64,000 bases of DNA from assembly GCF_009914755.1 (NCBI RefSeq), contig NC_060931.1; one strand, 5' to 3'. A program made the position numbers and the translations under genes. The stretch is from the human T2T-CHM13v2.0 reference genome, Homo sapiens. Every line of letters begins with the position of its first letter. Position 1 is the first letter of the stretch. A model generated the notes under the pieces. That model saw only the letters and a list, made by a program, of their open reading frames with translations. It was not told the origin of the DNA and ran no database searches. Positions 1 through 22,041 of the stretch are shown here, piece by piece.

Positions 1-962
1 AAACTACAGGCTGGGTGTGCCTGATGGTGCCCAGTGAAGCCAGCACAAACTACCCCAATGCTTGGGTGAGTGGCCAAGCATCAGAGCAGTGACTAGACTT
101 TTTCTTTTTGGGGAAACAGCCTAGGGTTGGGAGCCTACAGTGCTGAGGGCTGTGGGCCTCTCCATCTCAGCTCCACCCCACTGTCCTACTCTCTGTTCTG
201 TATGGCTGGAGGCAACCCAGTTCCCTGACTGCTATTTAGTCAGGTTCTGCCAATAGGTGTCTCTAAGGAGAGGCTGGAAGGTAGAAAGCTTGTTGCCTCC
301 CAGCACCTGGTAATCCCCGCAGCAGCAGGGAGGCTGCCAGGGTCCTGTTTGGGCAGCCAGTTCCTAGATGACAGCACAAGGCTCTGGTCAGGGTGGTGAA
401 GACAACGATGGAGTTTGGCTCTTGGTGCCGTGGTGTCAGCCAAGTGGGATCTTCTCCTCTCCCAGAGCCAGCGCCTCCCAAGTGCTCACCCAGCCCTCAC
501 ATCACCTGTCACCACATGCTGTCAGGGTGCCTTTCACTCAGCTAAGTGTGAGACAACTGATGGGAGAAAGCCTCCCAGGATGGCTGTGGTTCAGTAGCCA
601 CAGCTCCATCAGAACCCCCAGCCATGCACTGAATCTCCAATCAGCTTCCCTGGGAAGCTCCTCTGCTCTGGAGGTTCAGAATTCTAGGACTCCACCTGCC
701 TGCTGGGGCTGATACAGACCCCTACGCAAGAGGCCGGCATATGTGAATAAGCACTCATGGAGGGAAGAAGCTGGGAGAGACAGGCAGGTAACAACCCAGG
801 TCTGTCCCTAAAGCAGCCCTCTTGGGCTGGGCGTGGCGGGGGAGTGCACAGGGCAGACTGGAGAACCACGCCCTGCTCAACAAAGCAGACAGACAAGTGC
901 TGACAGTGCAGAGGGTGACCAAGCCTGGGAAGGCCCCAGGGGTCCAACACCAAAATTAAAGG

Positions 963-968
963 TTTATT
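963..968 (-). terminator. TBRG4: TBRG4 polyadenylation signal AATAAA
   Basis: Plus-strand TTTATT = minus-strand AATAAA, ~160 nt after the stop, followed by U/GU-rich sequence (aattttggtgttgg). Confidence 0.8.
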
Positions 969-1125
969 ATACACAAGAGGACGTTCTGTCCCTCAGAGTG
1001 GCTGGCCACCCTCCCCACTCTGGCCAAGGTCCTGCACAGAGGTTTGTCCTCAAGGGTGACCCTTCTTGGCCGCCCACAGCTAGACCTCCGGCGGAGAGGC
1101 ACGCAGTCCATGCTGCTGGCACAAG

Positions 1126-10038
<8,913 letters not shown>

Positions 10039-10495
10039 GATGTCCTGGGTGGCAGAGAGACAAGACTCCTAGCAAGTGATTCCAAACCCTGAAGAGAAAA
10101 AGGAGAGAGAAGGGGCTACTACAGGGGCAGTTCCTGACTCACAAACTTGAGAAATGAAATAGTCAAAGCCACTCTATCTGTAAAATCAGACTAAGTCTTT
10201 CTTGACAATCCATAGGTATGTGATAGTATTTTCTAAAGCAAAAGTCTCACAGGATTTTTGTTTCAGTACAGAATGCCATCAAATATCAAAACTCAGGAAC
10301 ATTACAGCCTGGGTGGGAGGGTTTCCATCCTGCTTGTAATTTGAAATCACCTAGGATGTGGTTCAATAATTCAGATTCCCAGGTCCTGCCCAAGGCCTCC
10401 TAAATGATGGCATCTCTGCAGACACGACCTAGACAGCATTAATTTTTTTTTATTTTTTTATTTCAAGGGTAACCAGGATTAAAAATTACGGGCTT

Positions 10496-10795
<300 letters not shown>

Positions 10796-11187
10796 TCACA
10801 TTCCCAAAGCCTCTGTGGATATATTTTAACACTGTAGACATAGGTGTGAGCCTCTCGAAACCAAGGTAGATTACATCACTAGCCTACTAAAACCCCCCCA
10901 CCAAATTTCTAACAGCAAAAATTCTGAACCAATAATAAGAAGCACTTCATAACATGGCCCAGAATGATTTTCTCAGTCTTAGCTTTTTCTGCCTCCCAGC
11001 AACACAAGGCCCCATTTTAAACAGGCCTTGCACTTCCACTTCACCTTACAGGGCTTGTTATCTGGGTCTCCTCCTCCCCCTATAAGACCCTTTAAAATAC
11101 ATCTCATCCTTCCAAGGCCAAACTCAATGTTGCCATCTCCAGCAATGTGTTACATATAGCCTTGATGTTGCTTTTAACAATTCTATC

Positions 11188-11467
11188 GGCCAGGCGCAGT
11201 GGCTCACGCCTGTAATCCCAGTACTTTGGGAGGCTGAGGCGGGCAGATCACGAGGTCAGGAGATCGAGACCATCCTGGCTAACACGGTGAAACACCGTCT
11301 CTACTAAAAATACAAAAAAATTAGCCGGGCGTGGTGGCGGGCACCTGTAGTCCCAGCTACTAGGGAGGGTGAGGCAGAGCTTGAAGTGAGCCGAGATCGC
11401 GCCACTGCACTCCAGCCTGGGTGGCAGAGCGAGACTCTGTCACAAAAAAAAAAAAAAAGAAAAAAAA
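11188..11467 (+). mobile_element. AluY-type with ~24-nt right-arm deletion
   Basis: AluY-type GAGATCGAGACCATCCTGGCTAACACGG; TSD AATTCTATC. Confidence 0.92.
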
Positions 11468-11685
11468 TTCTATCAGCTAGTCTAGCTCCCTACGGTGATT
11501 ACATGATCCAGGGAAGACATGCGACAAGGGCAAGCTAAAACGTTCACCTAGGCCTCATTTCTGCCAAAGCAGAATGTACGTTTGATCTTTCTCCACTTCC
11601 TGGAACTTGGTATATGGCCAGCACATTTTCTTTTTATATGAGGGGATTAAAGCAGCTGTAAAAAGCTTAGTCTAACTCCACTTAA

Positions 11686-12052
<367 letters not shown>

Positions 12053-12189
12053 GCCTTTCCAATTTTTTAAGAGCCCTAAGAGCAGTTTAGCCGAGTAAAC
12101 GGAAGCCCAGGAGCCAGACTTGAGTTTAGGCAAACAGCAATCCAAAACTTTAGTTCTAAAATGCAGAGAGAAAACAACTTGCACTAAGT

Positions 12190-12910
12190 CACGAAAACTG
12201 GCTCGCTGGGGTCATGGACGGTCAACAGGGGCGGCGTCTTCCAGGCCTGGCCGCGCGGGCTAGAGAGGAAGCGTGCGCACTGGCAAGCCAGCACGGAACG
12301 AGCAGACGGCCAGGCCCACGGCATCCCACCGCGTCCCAGCCTGCTCCCCAGTTCCACCGCATCCCAGGACCTTCCCAGCCACGCCTGTGTTGTGCACTCG
12401 AAACCCACGATCAGCCGCCCCTTCTCCCCGTGCCACAAGACCTACGCAGCGAGCACCACCGCTGACCTCCATCCGCCGCCCTAACTGTCCCCGGAACCAT
12501 GAGGTGCGCGGCGCGCTTCCCTACGTCACTCGGAGCGCCGGCGGAAACGAGACGAGCCTCGCCCCGCACGTCCGGAAGCCACGCCTCCAGCTTCCGGCCA
12601 CACCTTTCGGCGGGTGACATCTTTGCTGAGGGCTCAAGCGGAGCGATAGGTCATGGGAAACTTAGAAAAGATAAAGAACCTAGGAAGAAAGGCTTCGGTT
12701 GCCCCCCGACCAGTACGCCATCCTCATACGGAGTGCGGGAGACGACCCTTTGTTGTCGGTGCTGTCACCCTATCCCTCCCTGCTTGCGTAGGCGTAGGAG
12801 AGTTCCTAGGGCGGTGGAAGACTGGGCTGGTGGAGTGGGATAGGCGACGTTGAGGCCTGTGGGGGCTGGGAGGACGAGTGAGTGGAGACTGGGGAACTCC
12901 AGAGCGCCCA
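12190..12910. promoter_or_regulatory. TBRG4: CpG island / TATA-less TBRG4 promoter
   Basis: Dense CpG; CCGGAAG ETS/GABP motifs (~12572, ~12591), ACGTCA CRE half-site (~12523), NRF1-like GCGTGCGCAC (12271-12280). Confidence 0.85.
12446..12510 (-). other. TBRG4: TBRG4 non-coding exon 1 (5' boundary approximate)
   Basis: Donor CTGC|gtaggt at 12446/12445 inside the CpG island; the exon 2 acceptor requires an upstream exon. Confidence 0.7.
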
Positions 12911-13078
12911 CTTGCAGCTGGATTTTTATGTGCAATTTTCCTGATTTTTAAATAGTGGTGTTTAATTACAAAGTAAAGTGCAGGATAGCCCAAACGAAAT
13001 GTATCTGAGGTCTATATATGGACTTGATTAATTTTTACTTCCTGCACAGCCTTTTATTTTCTGTGGAGTTAATAATTA

Positions 13079-13386
<308 letters not shown>

Positions 13387-13403
13387 TTACGTTTGTTTGT
13401 GTT

Positions 13404-14189
13404 TGTAAACTAAAAATAAAATTGTAAGCCCCCCAAGCACTGAACGGACCTCCTCTTAGCCAAGGAGACCCCAGAGAAACCTTAAAAACTGAGTTCCCAG
13501 CCATTCTGGAAAGGGAGGTTGAACACCCCTTGTTAAAGTAGAGATCATAAGACTAACAGACTTTGTGGTAGTAAGATACCAAATTATAAACAAGACCTAA
13601 GGCCGTGCAAGGCAAGGGTTAAGTCAAGCTTGCAGACCATCAATCTTGCTGAAGAGGTCTTTTTTGACCCAGTGTATTGTGGCTGATTCTGGCATACTAT
13701 CTTAAACATTCTTTTCTGCTGACTCCAAATTTTACACAGAGCCTCACTCTTTTAACCAGTTGCAAATTAAAAAATCTCTTGGTCAAGCTGGCTGAGGTGG
13801 GAGGATCACTTGAGGCCAAGAGTTCAAGACTAGCCTGGGCAACATAGGGAGACCCTATCTACCCCTACCAAGAGATCTATCTATCTATCTATCAATCAAT
13901 CATATATCGTGTATATATCTATGTATTTGAGTCCACATATAACTTGTAAACCCCCCACATCAAGACATCCTGTCTTTTGGAGCCAAACCAGTGTATACCT
14001 TCCACACATTGATTTATGTCTTTGCCTGTAACCCCTGGCTCCCTGAAATGTATAAAACCAAACTATAATCTGACTGCCTCGGGAACACTTAAGGCTTTTT
14101 GGGTTTGTATTTTCCTGGGGCTGTGGTCACTCATTGGCCCTGAATAAACCTCTTTAAGTAATTTACAGAGTTTGATTTTTCTGTTAACA
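13404..14189 (+). mobile_element. MER4-group (ERV1) solo LTR interrupted by an Alu monomer fragment and (TCTA)n at ~13781-13920
   Basis: TG...CA termini; start TGTAAACTAAAAATAAAATT..TAAGCCCCCC typical of the MER4 group; internal TATAAAA and AATAAA. Confidence 0.75.
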
Positions 14190-14630
14190 GTTAATTAAGA
14201 TTCCATGTATTTATCACAAATTCTACTCCAAATCCTTCACAAGTTGTCTGTCAAAAGACAATATTACAACAGATTTATAGATCTGTTAAAAGAAAAGCTT
14301 TAGACAAACTAATGGAGTTTTGTTGAGGAAAGAACCTTGAAAACATGCTAAGGGAAAGAAGTTAGACACATGAGGCCACATATTGTATAGTTCCATTTAT
14401 ATTTGCAATGTCCAGAGTAGGTGAATTGATAGAGTCACCTATGTGATGTTGAGGTGGGGAGAATAGGGAGTGACTTCTGATGGGTTTGAGGTTTCTTTTT
14501 GAGATGGTACAAGTGTCCTGGAATTGGATAATAGGGATGGTTGCACAACACTGAGTATACTAAAAGCCACCTGTGACTTAAGAAATATATATGTGGTCTC
14601 TGCATAGAGCTTCTAAAACCCTTGTAACTT

Positions 14631-15325
14631 TTTTCTTTAGGTTTTCATTAAGGCATTTTATAAAGATAATATCATTTGTATTTATAAAATGTTTGCTACA
14701 TATACATAATATATATAGTGTATATATAAATTTAAATATGCTCAAGTTACAAAGCAGAATTATGAAAAGAAACCCGTGAACCCGTTACTCCACTTAAGAA
14801 ATAGAATATTACCAATATTGTTGCAATTTTCTGAGAGTTTCCTCTTCTTTCTTATCCCTCCACCCCAGCTAATTGCTATCCTGATGTTTTTCATTTGTGT
14901 ATGTGTATTTTAATTTAATTTAAAGTTCCAGGATACATGTGCAGGACGTGCAGGTTTGTTATATAGGTAAACGTGTGCCGTGGTGGTTTGCTGCACCTAT
15001 CAACTCATCACCTAGGTATTAAGCCCTGCATGCATTGGCTACTTATCCTGGTGCTCTCCCTTCCCCCTGTCCCATGGACAGACCCCAGTGTGTGTTGTAC
15101 CCCTCCCTGTGTCCATGTGTTCTCATTGTTCAGCTCCCACCTATAAGTGAGAACATGCAGTGTTTGGTTTTCTGTTCCTGTGTTAGTTTGCCAAGGATAA
15201 TGGCTTTCAGCGCCATCTGTGTCCCTGCAAAGGACATGATCTCATTCCTTTTTATGGTTGCATAGTAGTCCATGGTGTATATGTACCACATTTTCTTTAT
15301 CCAGGCTATCATTGATGGGCATTTG
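14631..15325 (-). mobile_element. 5'-truncated L1PA 3' end (~14915-15325) plus ~280 nt of extra 3' sequence
   Basis: L1 ORF2 C-terminus/3' UTR (KCPSMIAWIKKMWYIYTMDYYA); 17-bp TSD at 14614-14630 and 15326-15342. Confidence 0.85.
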
Positions 15326-16189
15326 TAAAACACTTGTAACTTCTTGAATGATAGTGACATCTTTTGTTATTCATCATAAGCCCCTTTTAACCATACCTGA
15401 GTTTATGCCACTAATGAAGTGGCTTTTGGAAGATGGGAGCTGGTTATCAGAGAAACCAACCATGTGATTAGAGGGCTGAAACTTTTAGCCCCACCTCTCA
15501 ACCTCCAGAGAGAGGAGAGAGGCTGGAGATTGATTTGATTACAGTTTATCTAAAAGAAGAAACGGAGGCAAAATTAATAAAAGTGGAGAGTTTACATTTG
15601 AACCAAAATGAAGACACCTGGGATATGAGCTTCATTAAGCCTTTGTTACAAGCAGGTTTTTAAAGGTAAAAAAGGGGACTAGGCATGGGGCAGATAAAAA
15701 GTTGTTTGTCAGGAATTCTCATTGGTTTACAGAAATAACATTGATTAGTGATGGCTATACATTGTTGAATGATAGGGTATGAGTTATGTTGTGCAGCATG
15801 CAGTATTGTTAGGTTAATTTATAGCTACTTGGGGGGCAGTCAGTCTAGAGTCCACATAGCAAGCAGCTTCAAAAGATGATTATTCAGCAAGAGGGAGGAA
15901 GTGAGATGTGACTGCTGTCTCTTTCTCATGCCTTTTTTTGGGCCTGATAATTTAGAGGAAGCTCATATTCCTCATATAAAAACATTTCTTTTGACTGTCA
16001 TTACTAATGGCCAATGATTTTATCAATTATACCTAGGTAATGAAACTTCATAAAAACTTATTAAACAATGGGGTTCAGAGAGCTTCCAAGTTGGTGAATG
16101 CATCCACATGCTGGGAAGGTGTCACCTCCCAAACCCCATGGGAACAGAAGCTCTGATGCTTGAGATTCTTCCAGAAGTGTTGTGATTAG

Positions 16190-16521
<332 letters not shown>

Positions 16522-16596
16522 CCTAAGACCCTTTTAATCTAGATGTTCATCTGTATCCTTTAAAATATGCTTTGTAATAAACTAGTAAACATAGAT

Positions 16597-16959
16597 GTTA
16601 TGATCTGATTGTGTCCCTCCGAAATGTGTATGTTCAAGTCTAATCTGCAAAGTGTTGATATTAAGAGGTGGGGCCTTTGGGAGGTAATTAGGTCAAGAGG
16701 ATGGAGCCCTCGTGAATGGAATTAGTGCCCTTATAAAAGAGGCCCGAGGGAGCATGTTTGTCCCTTTCTCCTTCTGCCATGTGAGGACACAGTAAGAAGT
16801 TACCTTCTATGAGGGAGAGAGCCCTTACCAGACACTGAAGCTGCTGGTGTCTTGATCTTGGACTTCCCAATCTCCAGAACTGTGAGCAATACATTTCTAG
16901 GGTTTATAAATTACTCAGTCTATGGTATTTTGTTCCAGCAGCCCAGATGGAATAAGGCA
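16597..16959 (+). mobile_element. MaLR solo LTR (MLT1A/MST-type)
   Basis: TG...CA termini; GCCATGTGAGGACACAG and CCAGAACTGTGAGCAATA motifs; 5-bp TSD ATAGA/GTAGA. Confidence 0.85.
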
Positions 16960-17399
16960 GTAGATAAAATGTTTCTCTGACTTCTGTGAGCTCTTATAGC
17001 AAATTACTAAACCTGAAGAGCAGGTCATGGGAAACCTTGCTTTGTAGCCAAGTCAAACAGAAGTGTGGATAGTCTGGGACCCACTACTTGTGACTGGCAC
17101 CTGAAGTGAGGGCAGTGTTGTGGGACTGAGCCCTTAACCTGTGAGGTCTGTGCTAACTCTAAGTAGTTAGCGTCTGTTGTGGTTTGAATACTTGACCCCT
17201 CCAAAACACATGTTGAAACTTCTCCACTTGCCATGCTGGTTTTAGCATAGAAAGTCTCATGTCTTGGGAAGCTCCCCTACCCTTCCTCGCCTCAAGTCCC
17301 AGGCAAACTGGGATGCTTGACCACCCTGTTTCTGTCTGCTCCTGTCTATTCACCTTCCCTCCAGTTGGAATCAAACCACAGTTGATATGAGCTCTGGAG

Positions 17400-17914
17400 T
17401 GCAGAAGCTGATACAACACCTGAGGCTGCCTTCTGACTGGCATCTGGAAACTTGGCTGGCAAACAGTTTCTTATACTGATAATAACTTCCTATAAAGGGC
17501 AGGGGTCTTCCCTGCACCTAAACTGTTTGTACAACAACATGGCTCATGCTAAGCACCTGCCTTTCTTCTGGGAGTTTGGAATTTTGGTGTATGCTAGGCA
17601 GACACCAGCTCCTGATAAAAACCCTGAGCACCAAGTCTCTATGAGCTTCCCTGGTAGACAGCATTGTACACGTGTCATCACAACTAATTGTTGAGGGAAT
17701 CCAGTAGTGACTCCCTCTTGTTTCTGCTGGAAGAGAACTCTTGGAAGCTCATGCCTGGTTTCTTCCAACTTCACCTCATGTACCTTTCCCCTTTGCAGAT
17801 TTTGCTCTGTATCCTTTTCTTGTAAGTCTTAGCCAAGGGTATGACTGTGTACTGAGTCCTGTGAGTTCCTCTGGAGAGTCACAGAACCTTGGGGTGGTCT
17901 TGGGGACCCCTGAC
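17400..17914. mobile_element. MER21-type LTR fragment
   Basis: Ends GGGGTGGTCTTGGGGACCCCTGACA; family from recall. Confidence 0.55.
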
Positions 17915-18743
17915 AAACCTGTTGAGGGACTTTCTCAGAGAAGGGCCCTTCTTCAGGGCCTGACGGAATCGATGTCTCTTCAGATTCCTGCATAAGAGGA
18001 GGAATCAGACCCAAAGGCTAGTCTAAGGTCAGCCTGGCTCCCTGCTCTGGCCATACACAGCCTGTTCTACCCTGCTATCTATGTGGCAAACTGAGGCCCA
18101 GGGAGGGCAGGACTTGCCTAAGGACACATGGAGAGTGAGTGTCCAGGTCTTCTGCCACCAGCCCCAGGCCTCCCCCTGCTTCTGTGCCTGCCCGGGGCTC
18201 TGTCCCAGCTGGACTCAGAGTGGTGGGTCTTTTGCACCCCCAGCAGGAAACCCTCAGCAGGGCCAACAGTCCTGACCTCTGCCAACCCTTCCAGAAATCC
18301 ACAGAACATCTCATCCATCCTTCCTTCTCATCCACCAAGAAGGCCACAGCACCCTCCTCATGCAGTGTGGTGAGAGGTGTGGTACAGTGTGCAGAGTGGG
18401 TCGTGACAGCCACAGCCCAGTGGACCCAGCCCTGTCCTGCACCAGTAGGGCCCAGCTCATAGCCGTTCCTGGCTTTCAGTCAACCTGGGCTCCTGCTCTG
18501 GAGGCCACTGACATTGAGTACCTGTGCTAACAGATGTGCAGGTGAGAAGGCCTCTGGGGGTACGGGTGATGGAGCTGGGAAGGGGCCAAGGTGGTCCACC
18601 TTATCAGAGTCCTGGGAGCTCCGGTGGCAGCTGCCATGAGAATGCAGTGGGAGATGGTGGAGTGGCCCCATGGATCTCTCTGGCATGGATGCTCAGCCTC
18701 TAAAGGGGGCTGTTTTACCAGCTTGTAAAATCTACCCAAGTAG

Positions 18744-19122
<379 letters not shown>

Positions 19123-19159
19123 GGGACTATTTTAAAATATCATGTATTAATAAAAAATT

Positions 19160-19600
19160 TGAGGTTCATGAAGACTGATGGATCAGGAGATGATTGCCAT
19201 TGAGAAGCTAGTTTATTACTCTCAGTTCTGGAGAGAAGGGCACATGCCACACCACAGGGGCCACATGGGAAAACACTGGGGTTGGCCCTGAGGCAGAGGA
19301 ATGGGGCAGGGAGTGGTGGGCAAGAGCCTTTACTGTGGTTTCTGTGGGAAAGAACAGGTAAGGCAGGGCGACAGTTTAGGATTGGGTGGTTTGAGTAACT
19401 TCAGGGCCTGGAGCAGAAGGGCTGTCCCTCATTGTCTGATACCTGGCCCTGGAGTGATTAGAGCAAGTCCATAGTGGCCAGAGTGTGAGAGCCCCATAGA
19501 GGAGGTGTTTGAGGGTGTGAGCATTGGATTGGTTGGTTTGTGTTTGAAAAGTGTACCCTGCCCAGGAGGAGGACTCTTCCTGAGAGGTGAGGAGCTGATG
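19160..19600 (-). mobile_element. Old ERVL-type LTR fragment
   Basis: TTTATT (antisense polyA) and LTR-like text; subfamily uncertain. Confidence 0.45.
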
Positions 19601-20592
19601 AGGGAGGCAGAAGGCCAAGGCAAGGTGATTCAGGCCCATCATCAGGGTGCAGAACCAAGTCTGTCCAGCATATACATACAAGGCAGATGTTAAAGCATTG
19701 TTTGCAGAAGCTGGAAACATAGTCAATACAGGGGCCAGGGCAGGGTGAAACTTCTCTGTAGGGGAGGAGCCTCCAGCATCAGGGGATGGATGTGTCTCCT
19801 GCAGCCTAACTCTGAGCTGCAGGCTAGACAAGGTTGGGTGGTTCCAGCTGCCCAGGCTGGCCTCAGGGTCCCAGCATGAGCAGCAGTGCATGGAGGTGGT
19901 ACGGCTCCATTTCAGCCCTGCCTCTCCCCAGCACCTGACCAGCATGGGAGGCTTAGCGCTGGGCCTTGGTGGGCAGGGACAGACGGGGATGGGGAAAGGG
20001 TATGTCCGCTGGCCTCCAGCCTGCAGGACCTCCTGGTAGCTTCTCCTTGAGATGGGGAGGGGCAGGCCTGGTGCAGCAGTATGCAGGGGTCCTGGCCTGG
20101 GAGAGCAGGCTGCTGGCTTCCCACCAACACAGTGCATCATTGACAGGGCCTCCACGGGACCTGTTGACCCACCTTTCCCATACCTGTGTCTCAGGCTGCT
20201 GGGCCAGGTGCCACAAGGTGACCATGTTACCTGCTGGTCCTCCTTTCACATAGATCTGGCCTCCTTGTGGCGCCCCCTCAGCCCACCCAAGTCATTCCTC
20301 TGATGAGAAGTTCTCTTCTGTGCTACACTCCCACCTTGTGCTTTACCAAATTCAGGGCCTGCCCCTCTCCCACCAATCCTGGTCCCCAAACACTCCCTGG
20401 CCTGGAGGGCCAGCCCACAGGCCCTTTCTGGTTCCCCTCTTTTTATTTAGAGAATGTGCAAATTTTTTGAAAAGCTAAGAGCATGGTACGGTGACTATCC
20501 ATAAATCTGTCATCTAGATTCAGCAAGAATTTGGCCATACTTCCGTCTTCCTTCTTTATCCCTACCCCTGCCTCACCCCCGCTTGTTCTCAC

Positions 20593-20732
20593 TGTACATA
20601 TGTGTGTATGTATTTGTGTGTATGTGTGCATGCATGTATATGTGTGTGTTGTGCATACATGTATATACATGTGTGGGTATATGTATGTCTTGTGTGTACA
20701 TGTATGTATGTGCGTGTGTGTGTGTATGTATA
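20593..20732. repeat. (TG/TA)-rich degenerate microsatellite
   Basis: Directly visible. Confidence 0.9.
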
Positions 20733-21103
20733 TCACAGTCTGCTCAGGCTGCTATGACAGAATATTATAGACTGCATGGCTTAAATGACAGAAATTTATT
20801 TCTCACATTCCTAGAGGCTGGAAGTCCAAGATCAAGGTGGCAGTAGATGTGGTGTCTGGTAGAGGCTGTCTGGGCTGTCTTCCTGGTGTGCATGTGACCA
20901 TCTTCTTGTTGTATTCTCACATGGCCAAGAGCAGAGAGAGAGCTCTCTGTGGTCCCTTTCCACTCGTGAGGGCTCCACTCTCATGATCTAATTATCCCCC
21001 AAAGGCCCCACCTCCGAATGTTATACCTTCACCTCACCTTAGTGGTGAAGATTTCAACATATGAATTTTGGAAGAGGAAGGATGAACATTCAGACCATGC
21101 AAT
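20733..21103 (-). mobile_element. MaLR LTR (MLT1A/MSTD-type)
   Basis: AGAAATTTATTTCTCACA...GGCTGGAAGTCCAAGATCAAGGTG motif. Confidence 0.8.
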
Positions 21104-21244
21104 GTAAGTGTTTATATTTGTGTATGTTTATAAGCATATGAATATAGGCATGCATATGCGTGTGTGTATGTACTGTATATATACAATTCAAAAGTTTTCT
21201 TGGTTTGTTTGCTTGCTGAATCCTTTGAAAGTGAGCTGTAGGCT

Positions 21245-21639
<395 letters not shown>

Positions 21640-21744
21640 CTACTAGGGAAATTAACATTGATGCAATAAGGCCATCTGATTCAGGTCCATATCCGAATGT
21701 CCCCAATTGACCTTTGTCTCCTTAATCTCTATGATTGTTGTTGT

Positions 21745-22041
21745 TGTTATTTGTTTGTTTGTTTTTGAGACAGGGTCTTGTTTGGTAGCCCAGGCTGAGT
21801 GCAGTGGTGCAAACACAGCTCACTGCAGCCTTGACCTCCTGGGCTCAAGCTATCCTCCCACATCAGCCCCCCCAGGTAGCTGGGTCCACAGGCATGCACC
21901 ACCACACCTGGCTAATTTTTGTATTTTTGATAGAGATGGGTTTTGCCATGTTGCCAAGACTGGTCTCAAACTCCTGAGCTCGAGGGCTGCCTCAGCCCCC
22001 AAAAGTGCTAGGATTACAGGTGTGAGCCACCGTGCCTGGCC
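21745..22041 (-). mobile_element. AluJ
   Basis: Diverged antisense Alu (CTCCTGGGCTCAAG). Confidence 0.9.

Noticed and set aside
15130-15360. ORFs resembling a conserved protein (also 42483-42725)
   Set aside because: L1 ORF2 C-terminal remnants, not host genes.
19376-20155. 259-aa minus-strand ORF
   Set aside because: No splice structure or domain; partly LTR-derived; consistent with chance in GC-rich DNA.
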